From: Selaginella moellendorffii
Lineage: Eukaryota > Plantae > Lycopodiophyta
Direction: 5' to 3'
NCBI RefSeq assembly: GCF_000143415.4
Contig: NW_003314342.1
Coordinates: forward strand, 654,852-718,851
DNA length: 64,000 nucleotides
Part shown: positions 36,403-50,622 of the stretch, piece after piece
Layout: each line of letters begins with the position of its first letter
How positions within the stretch are numbered: position 1 is the stretch's first letter
The notes under the pieces: model-generated
Told to the model about the DNA's origin: nothing
Database searches by the model: none
Seen by the model: only the letters and a program-made list of their open reading frames with translations
Translations under genes and position numbers: made by a program

Positions 36403-39400
36403 TATGAGACACAAAATCCCTAGGCCCCAAAGTGGAGCCGAAAGGGTGCCACGTGGTAGTGGCCGAAGCGAAAGCCAAATGAGCGTAACACGTTTGGACT
36501 AAAAGTTCCGACTTGAAAAGGTCGAGAGTGGGAGTGGAACTCCCAATGATGTGCTCGAGGAATGAGCACGAAGCGAGCAATAAGCGAGGCTCCAAAAAGG
36601 GACCCAAAAGGACCAACACATGACACATGGAAGTGTCTGAGATGGACCCGGGTTGGAGTCTGAAGTGGAGTTCGAGAAAGACCCTGAGATGGAGTCCGAG
36701 ATGGAGTCTGAGATGGACCCAAGATGGAGTTCGAGATGGAGTCCGAGATGGACCCGAGATGGAGTCCGAGATGGACCCAAGATGGAGTTCGAGATGGAGT
36801 CCGAGATGGACCCGAGATGGACCCGAGATGGAGTCCGAGATGGACCCGAGATGGACCCGAGATGGAGTCCGAGATGGACCCGAGATGGAGTCCGAGATGG
36901 AGTCCGAGATGGACCTGAGATGGAGTCCAAGATGGACCCGAGATGGAGTCCGAGATGGAGTCCGAGATGGACCCGAGATGGAGTCCGAAGTCAAGACTGA
37001 GACCAGGACCGAGACCGAGATCGAGACCGGGACCGGGACCGAGACTGGGACCGGGACCGAGACCGAGACCGAGACCGAGGCCGAGTCCGAGTTCGAGTCC
37101 GAGTCCGAGTCCGAGTTCGAGTTCGAGTCTGAGTTCGAGATCGAGTCTGAGAGGGTGAAAGCCCAAAGCGTTCGGCTCCCAGACCCTGGGGGGTTTAGTG
37201 AGCTCCAAAAGTATAGTAAGGGGGAGGACTGTAATGGAGCCAGTTTGGCCAGGAAAGGCCAGTTTGGCCCAGGAAGGCCGGACCCAGTGTTGGGTGATGA
37301 GCTGCCCACTGGGAATTCCAAGACTAGAGTGAACACGGACCGACAAGCGGGGTAGCTTGGTGAAGTGTTCAAGAGCTGGCTCTAGTTCGCCCGGGAGATC
37401 GACTGGCCGATGCTCCCAGTCCAAGTGTGGGTGGCATTACCTACTTGGATACCTGTCGTGGCTCAACGGAACCTTGCTCTAAGCCCATGGCTAGAGCACC
37501 TAAAGGCGAAAGGCGGGGAGAGTACCCATGAGGCTTGCGTAAGGCCACGGTGTTCCGAAATGTTGTCCCAAAGTCCCAAACGGTGAAAGGGAAGAGGAGC
37601 AAACCTCTAATGCAGTGACCAAGGATACGGTCACATGGTGAGGAAGTCCCAAAGGATAGTGGGACTTAGCGGTCGGGCCTGCAGGCCTTGATCCAGTGGC
37701 AGTGTTGGCGAACACGGCCATGGACTAAAAGGGACTTAGTGGGGACTGGAAAAGAGTTGTCAAGGAAGGCTATTCCCCATGTCTGCAGACATCCTAAGGA
37801 TGGTAAGGAGTAGATCTGGGATGATCACTCATGGACAGATGGCCCAGTCTTTGAGAGACAAGACTATGATGCTGGTGGCATTAGACCACCGGTGTGACCA
37901 AGGTGAATGGGCATGGCCTTAGCGTAACAGGCCGATATGTCGGGGGTACCTTGGTGTGTCGGTCATGGTATCAGACATGTGGAGCACTTGGACCAAGTGC
38001 AAATGTGGAGTGGCATGGATGCCATTCTCGGGGCTAGCAAGCCCCAAGTCCTAATTGGGACTTATGGAGGTTGTGAATGAGAGTCCTCCATGTGGTTGGA
38101 GGTGCGATTAAGTGACTAGAGTAAAATGGAAAAATTAGTCGCTTACAACTTGGTATCGGAGCTGTTCGTTAGTCTGACTTTTATTGGTGCTCAAGTATAT
38201 CACCACTGGTGTTGGCATCAGAAGGTCCGAGGAGTGGGCTTATCCTTGAGGAGTAGCAGGTCGGGAAGACATGGCTCTCCATTACAGTTCATGTGTGAAC
38301 TTGTAGACAAGGTGGTGGATAGAAAAGGGCCAATAATGGAACAACTTTGGGATCTTGGGAACAGTGTAAGGTTTTTCTCATTGAGCTGAGGAGGTGATCT
38401 AGATGAGCGTTTGACTCAGCAAACTGGCTAATGTAGTTGTGGTAAACAATTATAGTTGGGATCACGGGGAAGATAGAGACTCCAAAAACAATAAAGGAGT
38501 CACAAGATTATCCTCACATAGTTGAGACTAGTGCTCATGAAGGTGAGACTGGAATGGATGACCGTGAGAGGTCAATTATGGATGAAGACACGAGTCCTTG
38601 AAGTGGTAGCCAATTTTACCTTTTATAAATGCTGGAACAAACCCAAGGAGTTGGGGGTGCGCTCAAAGGATGAGTCAATATTCTCATCATATGGACGAGT
38701 AGTCCTAAGGGGCAAAGGTAGCCCACAGAGAACAGAAAATAATAAAGTGTTAGAGTGACACTTGCAAAGACAGTCCTTATGAATACACGAAGTTGTATTC
38801 CAGTGTGCTGGCACCTCAAAAATAGGACCTTATGGGTCATTGGATTGGCAAAGTCCGAAAATGCTAGATGACTCAAGTGGAGTCAAGGGATAATCCTAAA
38901 GGATTGGTAAAAGCATTTAGACTGAGGTGTGTGGTGCCCCATGAAGGATGGGAAGGATCTTAAGACCCAAGTATGAGAATAGTAGGTATCTCATTGATGG
39001 CAGAAGGTGCCATGCTAAAGTCGTGGGAAAGAGTTTCCCGGAAGAAAACAACTTTGACACAAAGTTGTGTGTGGACTCTATAATGCAGTGCTAATGGATA
39101 ATTGGCATAAGAGACAATCATATTAGTCTTGGCAAAAAGACCTAGACACAAGTAAGAAGTGTCATAAAGGTAGGCTCCTGGAGCTGATGGTGTGGAGACA
39201 CCGAAGGTGCCAAGGTGTGCTGCCTTGAGGTCAAGTTGGCGGGTTTATGAGAACCCCTTCCAAAGGAATCCCAATGGAAATGGGAATAGCATAGCCTATG
39301 CTAAAAGGCATGCGGTTAGAGTGTGGTGACCTAGATAATGATGGAGGTGTGGAAGCATCAGCAATGAGTTGTAAGACTTGACAACTATAAGACAACTAAG

Positions 39401-42400
39401 CAAAAGGTGCAAAATAAATCATTAAACTGGTAAAAGGCAACTACCTAAGACTTCTTATTGGGATAAGGAAGTTAGATATACCCTTATGGGGGAGAAATTG
39501 TTTATATTGCGATAGTAAATCAACATCGTAAAAGGAATGCTCATTGTCAAAGAAGCCATCATTGGGACACTGAAGCACTCTGGAACACCAGGAGGTGGTG
39601 TTTGGTGTTGTGAGGGCACGGATAAGGCCCAAGGGACAAAGTTCCTAGTGAATGATGGATAGGAAGTGTTATCTAAATGTCCAAGGTTACGGAAACGGGG
39701 GAAGTCTGTCTACCTAAATAGGACAAAGCCAAAAAGGGATTTTGGCAAGGCTAGTGATGGGCATATAAAGGCCCATAAGTAGCAACGGTAATTCCAGTGT
39801 ATAAGATTACGAGGGGAGCAAACCCAAATTGAGGAACCACTCCCTAGGCTATCGGGTAGGTTCATCCCTATGAATACTTGCCAAGGCAAGGTGGAAAGTG
39901 CAAAACTATTTTCCTAGTTTGGAGGAGAATGACCAAAGGAAATGTATGAGGCCAAAAGGCAAGTAGTAAAGGGATAGAACCGAACCATGGGAATTGACAA
40001 GTATGACTAAGGGTGGTTATGCAAGTTGGGAGTGGAGAATCAAGTGGGTGCTCAAGCATGTTGTTACTAACGACTGGGATGTCATGGAGAGTCTAAAACA
40101 TGGGATTGTCCATGTTAGACTATATAACAATTGGAAAGCTTGTGAAAGGAGAGACCTTAGCAAGCTAAGGAACAGAGTTCCTTGAACGTTCCTCCTAAGT
40201 AGATAAGTACCTAGACGTCCAAGTGTAAATGGTTTATAGAGCGCGCAAGATCAGAGTGGCACAGCAGAAGCGTGGTCTTGAAACTTGCCGAGAGGCGAGG
40301 TTATCAAGGTTAGGGAAGTAGTTCCCGAGTGTTCAAAGAGAAGGCTTCGAATGAAAGTCAATGGTTAAGGACTTTCACGCTTATGCATGAACCATGTTAC
40401 GATGACCAGATGACTTGCTAAGTGAGATTGGCAAGGTGGGGGAACGAATACCCTAGTTGAAGAAGCCAACTTCAAAGGGGTGGCCCATGGGGCCGAGCAT
40501 GGAGGAGTCCATGGTTGATCACAGGCTTGTCAAGTGAGAGGACTTGGCAGTGCGGAGGAACTAAGTTCTTAAGCTGTGATCTGTAGCACACTTTAAATAT
40601 AAGTTGGTGCACCGGCGTGGAGAGTCACGCCAGGCATCTTGTGTGATGCCGTCCGTAAATGCATAGGGTTCGAGTCCCGACCCTCTAGTGCTTGGGTTCG
40701 AGTCCCAAATCACTAGGGTGTGGTGATGGTTTGGAATATGAGGACACTCATATTTCGGTGGTCATGGACTCTTAGTGGGGAGACTGGTTTGGGCACACCA
40801 CCAAGCGAGGGATGCCTCGGAGTCGTGATGCACGGTTAGATTGCTTAGTGTGAAAGCTCAGCATATCTAACTTGAACACTTTGGTGCCAGTGGCATCAAG
40901 GACGTGGTGAATGAGATGGGGACACCCAGTCTTAGTTGCCATGGACCCTTGGCCGGAAGGGCTGGCTTAGGTGCACCGCTAAATGTGGGGGATGCCCTTA
41001 GGGTCATGGTCAACAACTTAAAGGTTTGGAAGACCTAGTACCTATTGGCAAACCTGTTAAGGTGCCAAGGTTAGATCACTAAGTGATTTTATAGCAAAAA
41101 ACAAGGACAAGGTCCTTGTAAGGTTAAAGGATAAAGTTCCAAGTTCAAAGTGTTGATTAGAACTATTGATGATAGTGTGGCTTGGTCAACGTGACCAAGT
41201 GGGAGGAACACCTAAAGGAAATGAGCTATGTCAATGCGATGGCATAATAAGTCCAAGGAAAGTAGTCTCTATAAGAGATCCATCGGAGGGTCTCAAAATT
41301 GGGCTATGATAGAGCCCATGGCAGAAAATGCTAAGGAGACGTACTAGGGGTGAACACCCTCTAGACTTGGGAAAGCAAAGTCTTTGCTATGGAATTGAAA
41401 GGATACCTCGAGAATGGAGGTGACGATCTTGTGTTGCGTGGTGCAACAATCAAAGATAAGAGCAAAAGACTAGTGGCTAAGAAAAGGGCCATGGGAATCA
41501 TGGGATAGAAGCCAAATGGCAAAGCTAGTCCAAGAACACTAATGTGTTGGATGCTAACGGATTATTGGAAAGCAATATGTTTCCAAGGATAGGTTCCTAA
41601 TTGCTCCGATTTGGCGAAGGGGGAAGCTTCAAGGGATGGAGTGGTAAAGTAGCCAAATGATAGGGCCATGGACAGCCCTAGCACGAATTATGATAGCTAG
41701 AACTTAGTGCTAAGGGTGGCAGGATATCGAAGAGAGGATGATGGTGCCCGCAAATAAAGAACTTCCTAGGATGGGAAGTGGAGTTGCACCATGTGCAATG
41801 TAAGGTGTCGGAGACACCTAGGAGATTGACTGTGAGAAGTCAAAATTAAAAGGTTCCAAAGTGCAAGGGTTATATCGATGGAAAGTGAGACCACTCGAGA
41901 ATGAGTAGTGGGATTGAGTTACAGAAGGTGTCTCTAACAAGTTTAGTGAGAACTAAACCAGTAAAAAGGAGAAGACCACCACAAGTGGTCCAATCAGTCT
42001 CTAAATTGGAGAGACTACACTCCTTAGAGGATGGATAAGGCATGGTGAGGCTTCAATGTCAAACCATAGACAAATATTGGCTGAGTGCCAAGGATAGAAA
42101 TGGTAACACATGTGGGTGTTACTTTACAAAATGGTTTACCGTTCGATGAGGACATCGAACTTCGTCTATGGGTGGTGGAGTTGTGAGACACAAAATCCCT
42201 AGGCCCCAAAGTGGAACCGAAAGGGTGCCACGTGGTAGTGGCCGAAGCGAAAGCCAAATGAGCGTAACACGTTTGGACAAAAAGCTCCGACTTGAAAAGG
42301 TCGAGAGTGGGAGTGGAACTCCCAACGATGTGCTCGAGGAATGAGCACGAAGCGAGCAATAAGCGAGGCTCCAAAAAGGGACCCAAAAGGACCAACACAT

Positions 42401-43765
42401 GACACGTGGAAGTGTCTGAGATGGACCCGGGTTGGAGTCCGAAGTGGAGTCCGAGAAGGACCCCGAGATGGAGTCCGAGATGGACCCGAGATGGATCCGA
42501 GATGGAGTCCGAGATGGACCCGAGATGGACCTGAGATGGAGTCCGAGATGGACCCGAGATGGAGTCTGAGATGGAGTCCGAGATGGATCCGAGATGGACC
42601 CGAGATGGAGTCCAAGATGGAGTCCGAGATGGACCCAAGATGGACCCGAGATGGAGTCCGAGATGGAGTCCGAGATGGACCCGAGATCGGGACCGAAACC
42701 GAGACCAGGACCGGGACCGAGACCGGGACCGGGACCGAGACCGAGTCCGAGTCCGAGTTCAAGTCTAAGAGGGTGAAAGCCCAAAGCGTTCGGCTCCCAA
42801 ACCCTGGGGGGTTTGGTGAGCTCCAAAAGTATAGTAAGGGGGAGGACTGTAGTGGAGCCAGTTTGGCCAGGAAAGGCCACTTTGGCCCAGGAAGGCCAGA
42901 CCCAGTGTTGGGTGATGAGCTGCCCACTGGGAAGTTCAAGACTAGAGTGAACACGGACCGACAAGCGAGGTAGCTTGGTGAAGTGTTCAAGAGCTGGCTC
43001 TAGTTCTCCCGGGAGATTGACTGACCAATGCTCCCAGTCCAAGTGTGGGTGGCACTACCTACTTGGATACCTATCGTGGCTCAACGGAACCTTGCTCTAA
43101 GCCCATGGCTAGAGCACCTAAAGGCGAAAAGCGGGGAGAGTACCCATAAGGCTTGCGTAAGGCCACGGTGTTCCGAAATGTTGTCCCAAAGTCCCAAACG
43201 GTGAAAAGGAAGAGGAGCAAACCTCTAATGCAGTGACCAAGGATACGGTCACATGGTGAGGAAGTCCCAAAGGATAATGGGAATTAGCGGTCGGGCCTGC
43301 AAGCCTTGATTCAGTGGTAGTGTTGGCGAACACGGCCATGGACTAAAAGGGACTTGGTGGGGACTGGAAAAGAGTTGTCAGGGAAGGCTATTCCCCATGT
43401 CTGCAGGCATCCTAAAGATGCTAAGGAGTAGATCTGGGATGATCACTCATGGAGGGATGGCCCAGTCTTTGAGAGACAGGACTATGATGCTGGTGGCGTT
43501 AGACCACCGGTGTGACCAAGGTGAATGGGCATGGCCTTAGCGTAACAGGCCGATATGTCGGGGGTACCTTGGGGTGTCGGTCATGGTATCGGACATGTGG
43601 AGCACTTGGACCAAGTGCAAATGTGGAGTGGCATGGATGCCATTCTCGGGGCTAGCAAGCCCCAAGTCCTAACTGGGACTTATGGAGGTTGTGAATGAGA
43701 CTCCTCCAAGTGGTTGGAGGTGCGGTTAAGTGACTAGAGTATAATGGAAAAATTAATCGCTTACA
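36403..43765 (+). mobile_element. Family B copy B2; LTRs 36403-38147 and 42182-43765
   Basis: TSD ATCCA/ATGCA (one mismatch); same PBS and PPT; inserted in the protease region of element A. Confidence 0.92.
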
Positions 43766-45773
43766 ATGCATATGTACAGCCGTTGCCATAAAGAATGAAA
43801 ATTGGTTTTGCCACATGACACAAGTGTAGACGGCAACGTGTTGGGGTTTCGAGAAACTTCATGCATATCTACATGGTTCTCGGACGTTATTTGAAGGTGA
43901 CCATGCTGCTGTTACTTCATTATTGAAGTGGAAGAACTTGGTTGGTCATATTGCTCGGTGGGCTTTGAAGCTTTAGATATATGATTTTGATGTTGTTCAT
44001 CGCTCTGGGAGTTCTATGGCTGATGCTAATGCCCTTTCTTGAGCTCCTCTTCCTTCTCTACTCTCTTCTCATGTTTCTGACAAGCCTATTGTTCTAGCAT
44101 TTGTCGATTTTCTAGACGAGGATTTTGTGCCGTCGGCGGTTGCTGTACTTGATGTTCAGTGTCCAAAAGGCGCAGAGCAAGATCTACCTTTTCTTGATGA
44201 AGTTCACAAGGCTCAAAAGTTTGAACCGTGGATTCGAAGGCTTCGAGATGCGTTTGAAAATCCTGCATCACTTACTAATGACTTGCCTTTCCGATATTTA
44301 CATTCTCAATATCGCCTTGAAGATGGCCTTCTTTATTTTTTGGGGACGGATTCTGATGGTCATTTATGGCTGGTGGTGCCTTCTATCTTTATCCCACGGT
44401 TTCTTCATGCCTACCATGATTCTCCTATTTTAAGTAGGCATATGGGACATCATTGTGTGACCGAGAAGCTGCGCAGGTCTTTCTATTAGCCGGAGATGCG
44501 ACGTGATATTATCTGGTATGTGCGTAGCTGCGTTTAGTGCCAAGTTCGTAATACTCCCCCTTGTGCTGTGGAAAGACGGTTGGAGTCAATTGCAGTTTTC
44601 CATCCGTTTGAGTTGGTGGCATTTGATCTTATGGGACCTTTTCCATAGTCGGCTGCTGGCAATGAGTATGTTATTATTGCTTTTGACTACTTAACTCGTT
44701 GGGTGTAAGTTGGTGCTTGTGCTAACGCCTTTACAACTACTGTTGGATACTTCCTCCTCAATCGAGTGGTGTTCCAGCATTCTTGTCCAGAGTAGATTCT
44801 TTCGGATAATAGTCCCGCATTTATGGCTGAGGCATTTCATGTTTTGACATCTCGGTTGGGGATATACCACACTTTCACGAGTGCTCATCATCCACAATCA
44901 AACGGTCTGATGGAACGGCTTGTTCGGACATTCAAAGGGATGATTGCAAAGTATGTGAACTTTCAGCATTTGGATTGAGATGGTTATTTGCCGTCTCTTC
45001 AGTATGTCTATGTCACAAGGGTGCAGAGTTCTGTTGGTGCTTCACCATATAAACTTTTATATGGTCATGATCCAATATTACCAATGGAGTTGCATTTACC
45101 TTCGCAATTGCCACGAGCTCCCGATGCTAAATCGTGGGATCAATATTTGACGAGCATTCTTCCACTTGTCCGAGCAGAGTCTGCCGAACACTTAGGCCAC
45201 GTACAAGTGGGATAACAACAGTGCTACAACTCCCATCATCGTCCACCTGTGGAGTACAAAGTGGATGATTTGGTGTTAGTCTGTTTTCCCCATCTTATGG
45301 TATGTGGTTTATTTAAGGGGCTCCTTGCGTAGTGGAAAGGATCGTATCGGGTGTTGTGGCAAGTTAGACCACAAGTTTATAAGGTTCGGCATGATGTCCA
45401 ACAAGCCGATCCTTCGAAGATTATGTATATGCAGCGGTTGAAACACTTCATACAAAGGGATTAGGAGCAGTTAATACCACCTACAGATTCCCCAATGTCT
45501 CCTCCAGGTCCCAGCTTGTCTACAAGAGAACCCTGACGGCCTTCCATTATTCCAAGAGGAGGGGATGATGTGAGGGCCAAGTGTATGACTACGATGCCGT
45601 ATACTAATATTAGTGTAGTGGGATTTTGATAGCCATCGGATTGGTTTCAATCTGGACCACTCGCTCCTGTATATAAGCTAGGGTTTTTGGGCTAATTGAT
45701 ATGCACATTTTCTGTATTCCCTTTCCATATTTCAAGCACTTATAGCGTGAGACTATATGATAGTGTAGTGTAT

Positions 45774-45914
45774 TTACAAGAGAGTCATCCCATACTTGTC
45801 TATAGGCATAAGAGCGCATGCCTAGAAATCTCAAAACAAAAGAACAAAGATTTACAAGAGAGAGTCATCCAAAACTGATCTATAGGTGTATAAGTGCATA
45901 CCAAGAAATCTCAA
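45774..45914 (+). repeat. Imperfect ~75-bp tandem duplication
   Basis: atttacaagagagtcatcc..tctatagg..agaaatctcaa occurs twice. Confidence 0.6.
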
Positions 45915-46831
45915 GCTTCTTTGGAGAAACTCAAATTGGAGTTTGGCCAGGCATGAGCCCACACGCTAGCTTAAAAAAATAAGAGACCATGAGAGAGAGA
46001 GTGTTAGAAATCCTTACATTTTTGAAAAATGAGTGTGAGACCATGCTTGTTCAAAGTTAAGTAACCCCCATTTCTTTGGTCATTTTACAAACTTGCACTT
46101 ACTAATCGATTTCTCTCTTAATTTGACTTTGGTTTATTGTGAGCTTATATTCTTTCATCAATACATTAAATTGGGTCTTTAGCGTGCAAGTGCATGCTAG
46201 AAATTCTTTGACTTTATGTGTGCTTATTTTATGCATTTTTAATTTTTTTTGCTATATATTTTCATGTTTTTTTTTCTCATATTCACAAAAGGAGCTTTGT
46301 TTTTTAATTTCCTATTTGCTTGTCTTTTTTTTTTTACTTTTTTCCTTCTATTTGTGTTTTGATATTCGTAATTTTCTTTGTTTTTCTCAAGTTGTTAAAG
46401 GAGATGTAATAGAGATTGTTTGGGATAATGGAGAATCAATTATAAAGGGAAGAATAAAATCTTTAGATGCTATTTGCATTTGTCATTGTGCTTCTTTAAG
46501 AGTTAGATGTGTTTTGCTTTGCATTATTAAGGTGTTTAGCTTGAATTACTCCCCCCTTACAGGTGAGTTGGATGTTAGTGGGTTTTCTATATAGAAGCAA
46601 AATCAACTAATGTTTCTAATAGAGATATTTCCTACCAAAATCTCTTAAGGAAATACAATTGGAACACAGAGGAATAATGATGAAGATGTTATTCCACAAA
46701 ATATAGAGAGTAAAAATATTTTCGAAGGTAAGAATATCCCTAATTCTGATTGTTCTTCTATAGATATAAATGCTTGTAGTATATGGTATAAAGCTTTTGT
46801 GAAGATAGTGGATGTTATACGCTGAGGGACT

Positions 46832-47250
46832 AGTTATTGTTGTAGACCCTCAATGTCGCGAATGTGACTTCGGGTATTGAAAGATACTTGTCGGCTAGTC
46901 CTTACGGACACTCTCTCCTTACTGCCATGACAGCAAGAGGTTGGTACTGCTGGTTCCCTTTATGTCTCCGCCCAAGCTAGTTGAGAAACTGGTCAGCACA
47001 TGTGCACTTAGACCNNNNNNNNNNNNNNNNNNNNNNNNNNNNNNNNNNNNNNNNNNNNNNNNNNNNNNNNNNNNNNNNNNNNNNNNNNNNNNNNNNNNNN
47101 NNNNNNNNNNNNNNATAAAGGGAACCAGCAGTACTGACCTCTTGCCGTCATGGCAGTAAGGAGAGAGTGTCCGTAAGGACTAGTCGACAAGTATCTTCCA
47201 ATACCTGAAGTCACATTCGCGACACTCAAGATGCTCTACACAACATAACT
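46832..47250. repeat. Long (~130 bp) imperfect inverted repeat flanking a 100-N gap; possibly a TIR element
   Basis: 46832-46963 is the imperfect reverse complement of 47115-47250. Confidence 0.7.
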
Positions 47251-50200
47251 TTAGAGTGGGATTATATTGGAATCTCAATCTCTTCTTTTGTTGATGTTTC
47301 AACTAAGTTGGAAATAGTTTAGTTCAATGGAAACTATCCCAAACTCTTTTTGGTAATAGTATACCATCTATCATACTAATAAGCACTTGCATTTCTTCCT
47401 CACATTATTGAAAACAAAAATATACATTTATTAGATGAGCTATTAAGAAGCAACCAAGCAAATAGAAATCAAATACTAATGATTTAACAAGTAGAGGTCC
47501 CTTGGGGACAATGGGGAATAAAAATAACAATTAATCAAAGCATGGACAGCGATCGAAGATAAAAAATACAAGAATCAAGAATCTAGAAACTTGTATCAAC
47601 AACAACTTTGAGGACAACAACATTTAGAATATAACCACTACTCAGCTCATACTTTTTGAACATCACCATCGACTGGAAAACGCAAACGCTCATAGTGAGG
47701 ATGTGCACGACTTTATGCAACACAATTAAAGGTAGGCCACAATTACTTTACAACAATTTAACACAACAAGGACTCATAAAAAGAGTAGCCATAGTATGCA
47801 CTCCTACTTGATTCCAAAGTTGGCGAGCAACAACTTTGTTGAAAACTAATCAACTTTATCGAGTTGAGTACAACATAGCAACACAAATACTAATATATAA
47901 GATTATGTTAGTCTATACCACATGATTCTACAACTACACAACATTTCCTCGATAAGAACACAATAAACCAAAGACAACAACAACAAAACCAAGAAAGCAA
48001 ATTCAAGAAAATGATAACTCAAGAAAACTCTAGCACAACATTGAATGTACAAACACAACCCTGATCCACTTAAGAAACAAGAGTGAGATCAAATACAACA
48101 AATATGAGAAGAGAAGAAACAACTCCAGCACAAATTAAAAGTAGACAAGCAATAGAAGACTCAAGCTTAAATCGAAATCCTTGAGACTATATTCAAGACT
48201 TTCGACAAAATGACCCAAGCCACACATGTTGGCAAACCAAGCAACATCAATACAACCAAAGACACAGTCAACCAAAATTTAGACTTAGATCAAGATTTAC
48301 CACCACTCGAAACTCCCGAATACGAAGATTACAACACCAACAACTCTCAGTCTTATCTAGCTTCTCCAAAAACTGAACCATCACCAACAGTAGAAAGATG
48401 GCACTCATCAGCCTAGTAACACCCTATGCCATCATGATTACATATCCAATCTTCACCAGTAGCAAAACTGAAGATGTAGAAAGACATTTCCAGCAATTCA
48501 ACCAAATTATATAACTCAATCAGCAAGAAGACAATAAAGAACTTTTATTCCCTTTCACACTTAAAAGAAAAGCATTAGCATGGTATTATAATCTAAGTTT
48601 TAGGAAAAAGTTAAGCAATTCAAAGAGAAGTACCAACCCGGCGGCACAACAGCTGAATACCTAGAACATCTTAAAAGCATCAAATAAGGCAGTAAAAAAG
48701 ATATCAAAGGCTATACCCGACGATTCAAATATCATGCAAAGCACTACAAAGATCTATTCACTAAACAAGGTAAATATATGGTATGTATATGGACTGAAGA
48801 CGATATACTAGCAAATGGTTGCTCTCGCAAGTATGGAAGAAGATTTAGATGTCGAGACCTCTATTAACAATATTTCCAAGAAAATCAAGAACCTCGAGAA
48901 ACAGCTTTGAAAATTTTTAAGAGTAAAAATAACAAGAACAAACAACTCTTCTGATGATAAAGAAGAATACAAACTTGAAGTCATGAAAAAAGACAAGGAT
49001 CAAGAACTTACTAAAATACTCAAGAAAGTTACAATTAAGAACGAACTTAAAGAAGGAGTATGGTGTACAAAATGTAAAAACAAAGGACACATCCTAACAA
49101 AGTGTAAACTACTGATTCCTAAGTGTTAGATATGTGAAAAAGAAGGATATATAACAAAGATCTATTGAGACAAAAGAGCAACTGAAGTCACACAAGTCGA
49201 AAACATACCTTGAACTCCTACACCAACTAAAAGACATTACAATCAACCCAGACAAGAACCACAATAGTGGTAGCTAAACTACTAGAATCAAGGTACATAT
49301 AATCCTCACCCTAGATACCATCGACAATACAACAATGGCAACGAAGACAATTAGTATTAACAACCATACTAGTAGGCTTATCAGTAGCCTTATCAAAACA
49401 ACCAACAATGGAGACCACCACCCGGCAAAACAACTGTCAACAACAGTACCACAACAATCAACAATGGAGACCATCTCTGCAATAACTAAACTATCAACAG
49501 CAAAATCAACAATATGATCTACCACTTAGAGTATTTCCTTGCAACAACTATCAATAGCAACCTCAAACTCAAGAAATCCGACCCCAATACTAACAACAAC
49601 AAAATCAAGGAAATTGACCTCCTCAGCAAGATCAGCAACATCGAAGACCTCCTCTAACAACAAGAAATGTCAATATTGACTAATCGAAGATGAACACTTT
49701 GAAGATGAACCTAAGGTAAAAGCTCTAACTCGAAGTCAGAAAAAACACTACACTCCTAAAGATGACCTTGAGGAAAAGTCAAAAAACAAGAACTCCAAGA
49801 CAAAGTGCAAGAAATTTCAAGGCACAAATGGCAACAAAGTAAGGAGTTATTCAACTCAATTCAGCAAACCCTTCAACAACAACAACCTGAAATTGAAGAT
49901 GATCAGGAAATTATAACTAAAACTCTATCAAGAAAAGAGGAACAACCAAAGCCCATCACCAACATTCTTCAATAAAGTATCATACTCACCTTTCTAGAAC
50001 TTTCACAGGTAGCTTCATACTTGAGACAACAACTTCTACACATATGCCTACCTTCACATACCTTTCAATCTCTCCAATGTACCATTCCGTGTTTTAATAG
50101 ATCATCATTGACACTTTTCAAAAATACCTCACTAAATTTATGCGAGTATTTATGGATGCCTTTAGTTCTTTAGCAACAAAGAAGATCATCTCCAATGCTT

Positions 50201-50622
50201 AGAGAAATGCTTCATCAAATGCCATAAACACAATATCATATTGAACCTTGACAAGTGCATTTTCTTCGTCAAATCAGGAATTCTACTTGAACATGTAGTT
50301 TCCAAAGAAGGAATCCTCATTGACAAGGAGCAAACCCTCACAATCACCAACATACAACATCCATTCGACATTTCAAGCCTTCGATCATTCCTTGGTAAGA
50401 TGGGATACCATTGAAGATTCATCAAAAACTACACCAAGATTGCAAAACCTATCACTAAACTCCTCAAGAAGAATTAAGCTTACAATTGGACTCAAGATTG
50501 TCAAAATGCCTTCATCAACCTCAAGAATTCCCTCACCCAAGCTCCAATACTTGCTCAACCAAACTGGAACAAAGACTTCAACATCCAAGTCGACACCTCC
50601 CTCAGAGTGATCCTTTTGCAAC

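Larger units (their letters stand above)
27305..45744 (+). mobile_element. Ty3/gypsy element A (176-bp LTRs 27305-27480 and 45569-45744); decayed, hosts B1 and B2, has an internal inversion
   Basis: LTR pair; PBS TGGTGGAGGTGAGGGG; gag with a zinc-knuckle-like motif (to ~34740); PR LLVDTS; PR-RT-RH on the minus strand 34929-36402; RH-IN on the plus strand 43826-45463; PPT AAGAGGAGGGGATGA; flanks GTGT/GCGT. Confidence 0.88.
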
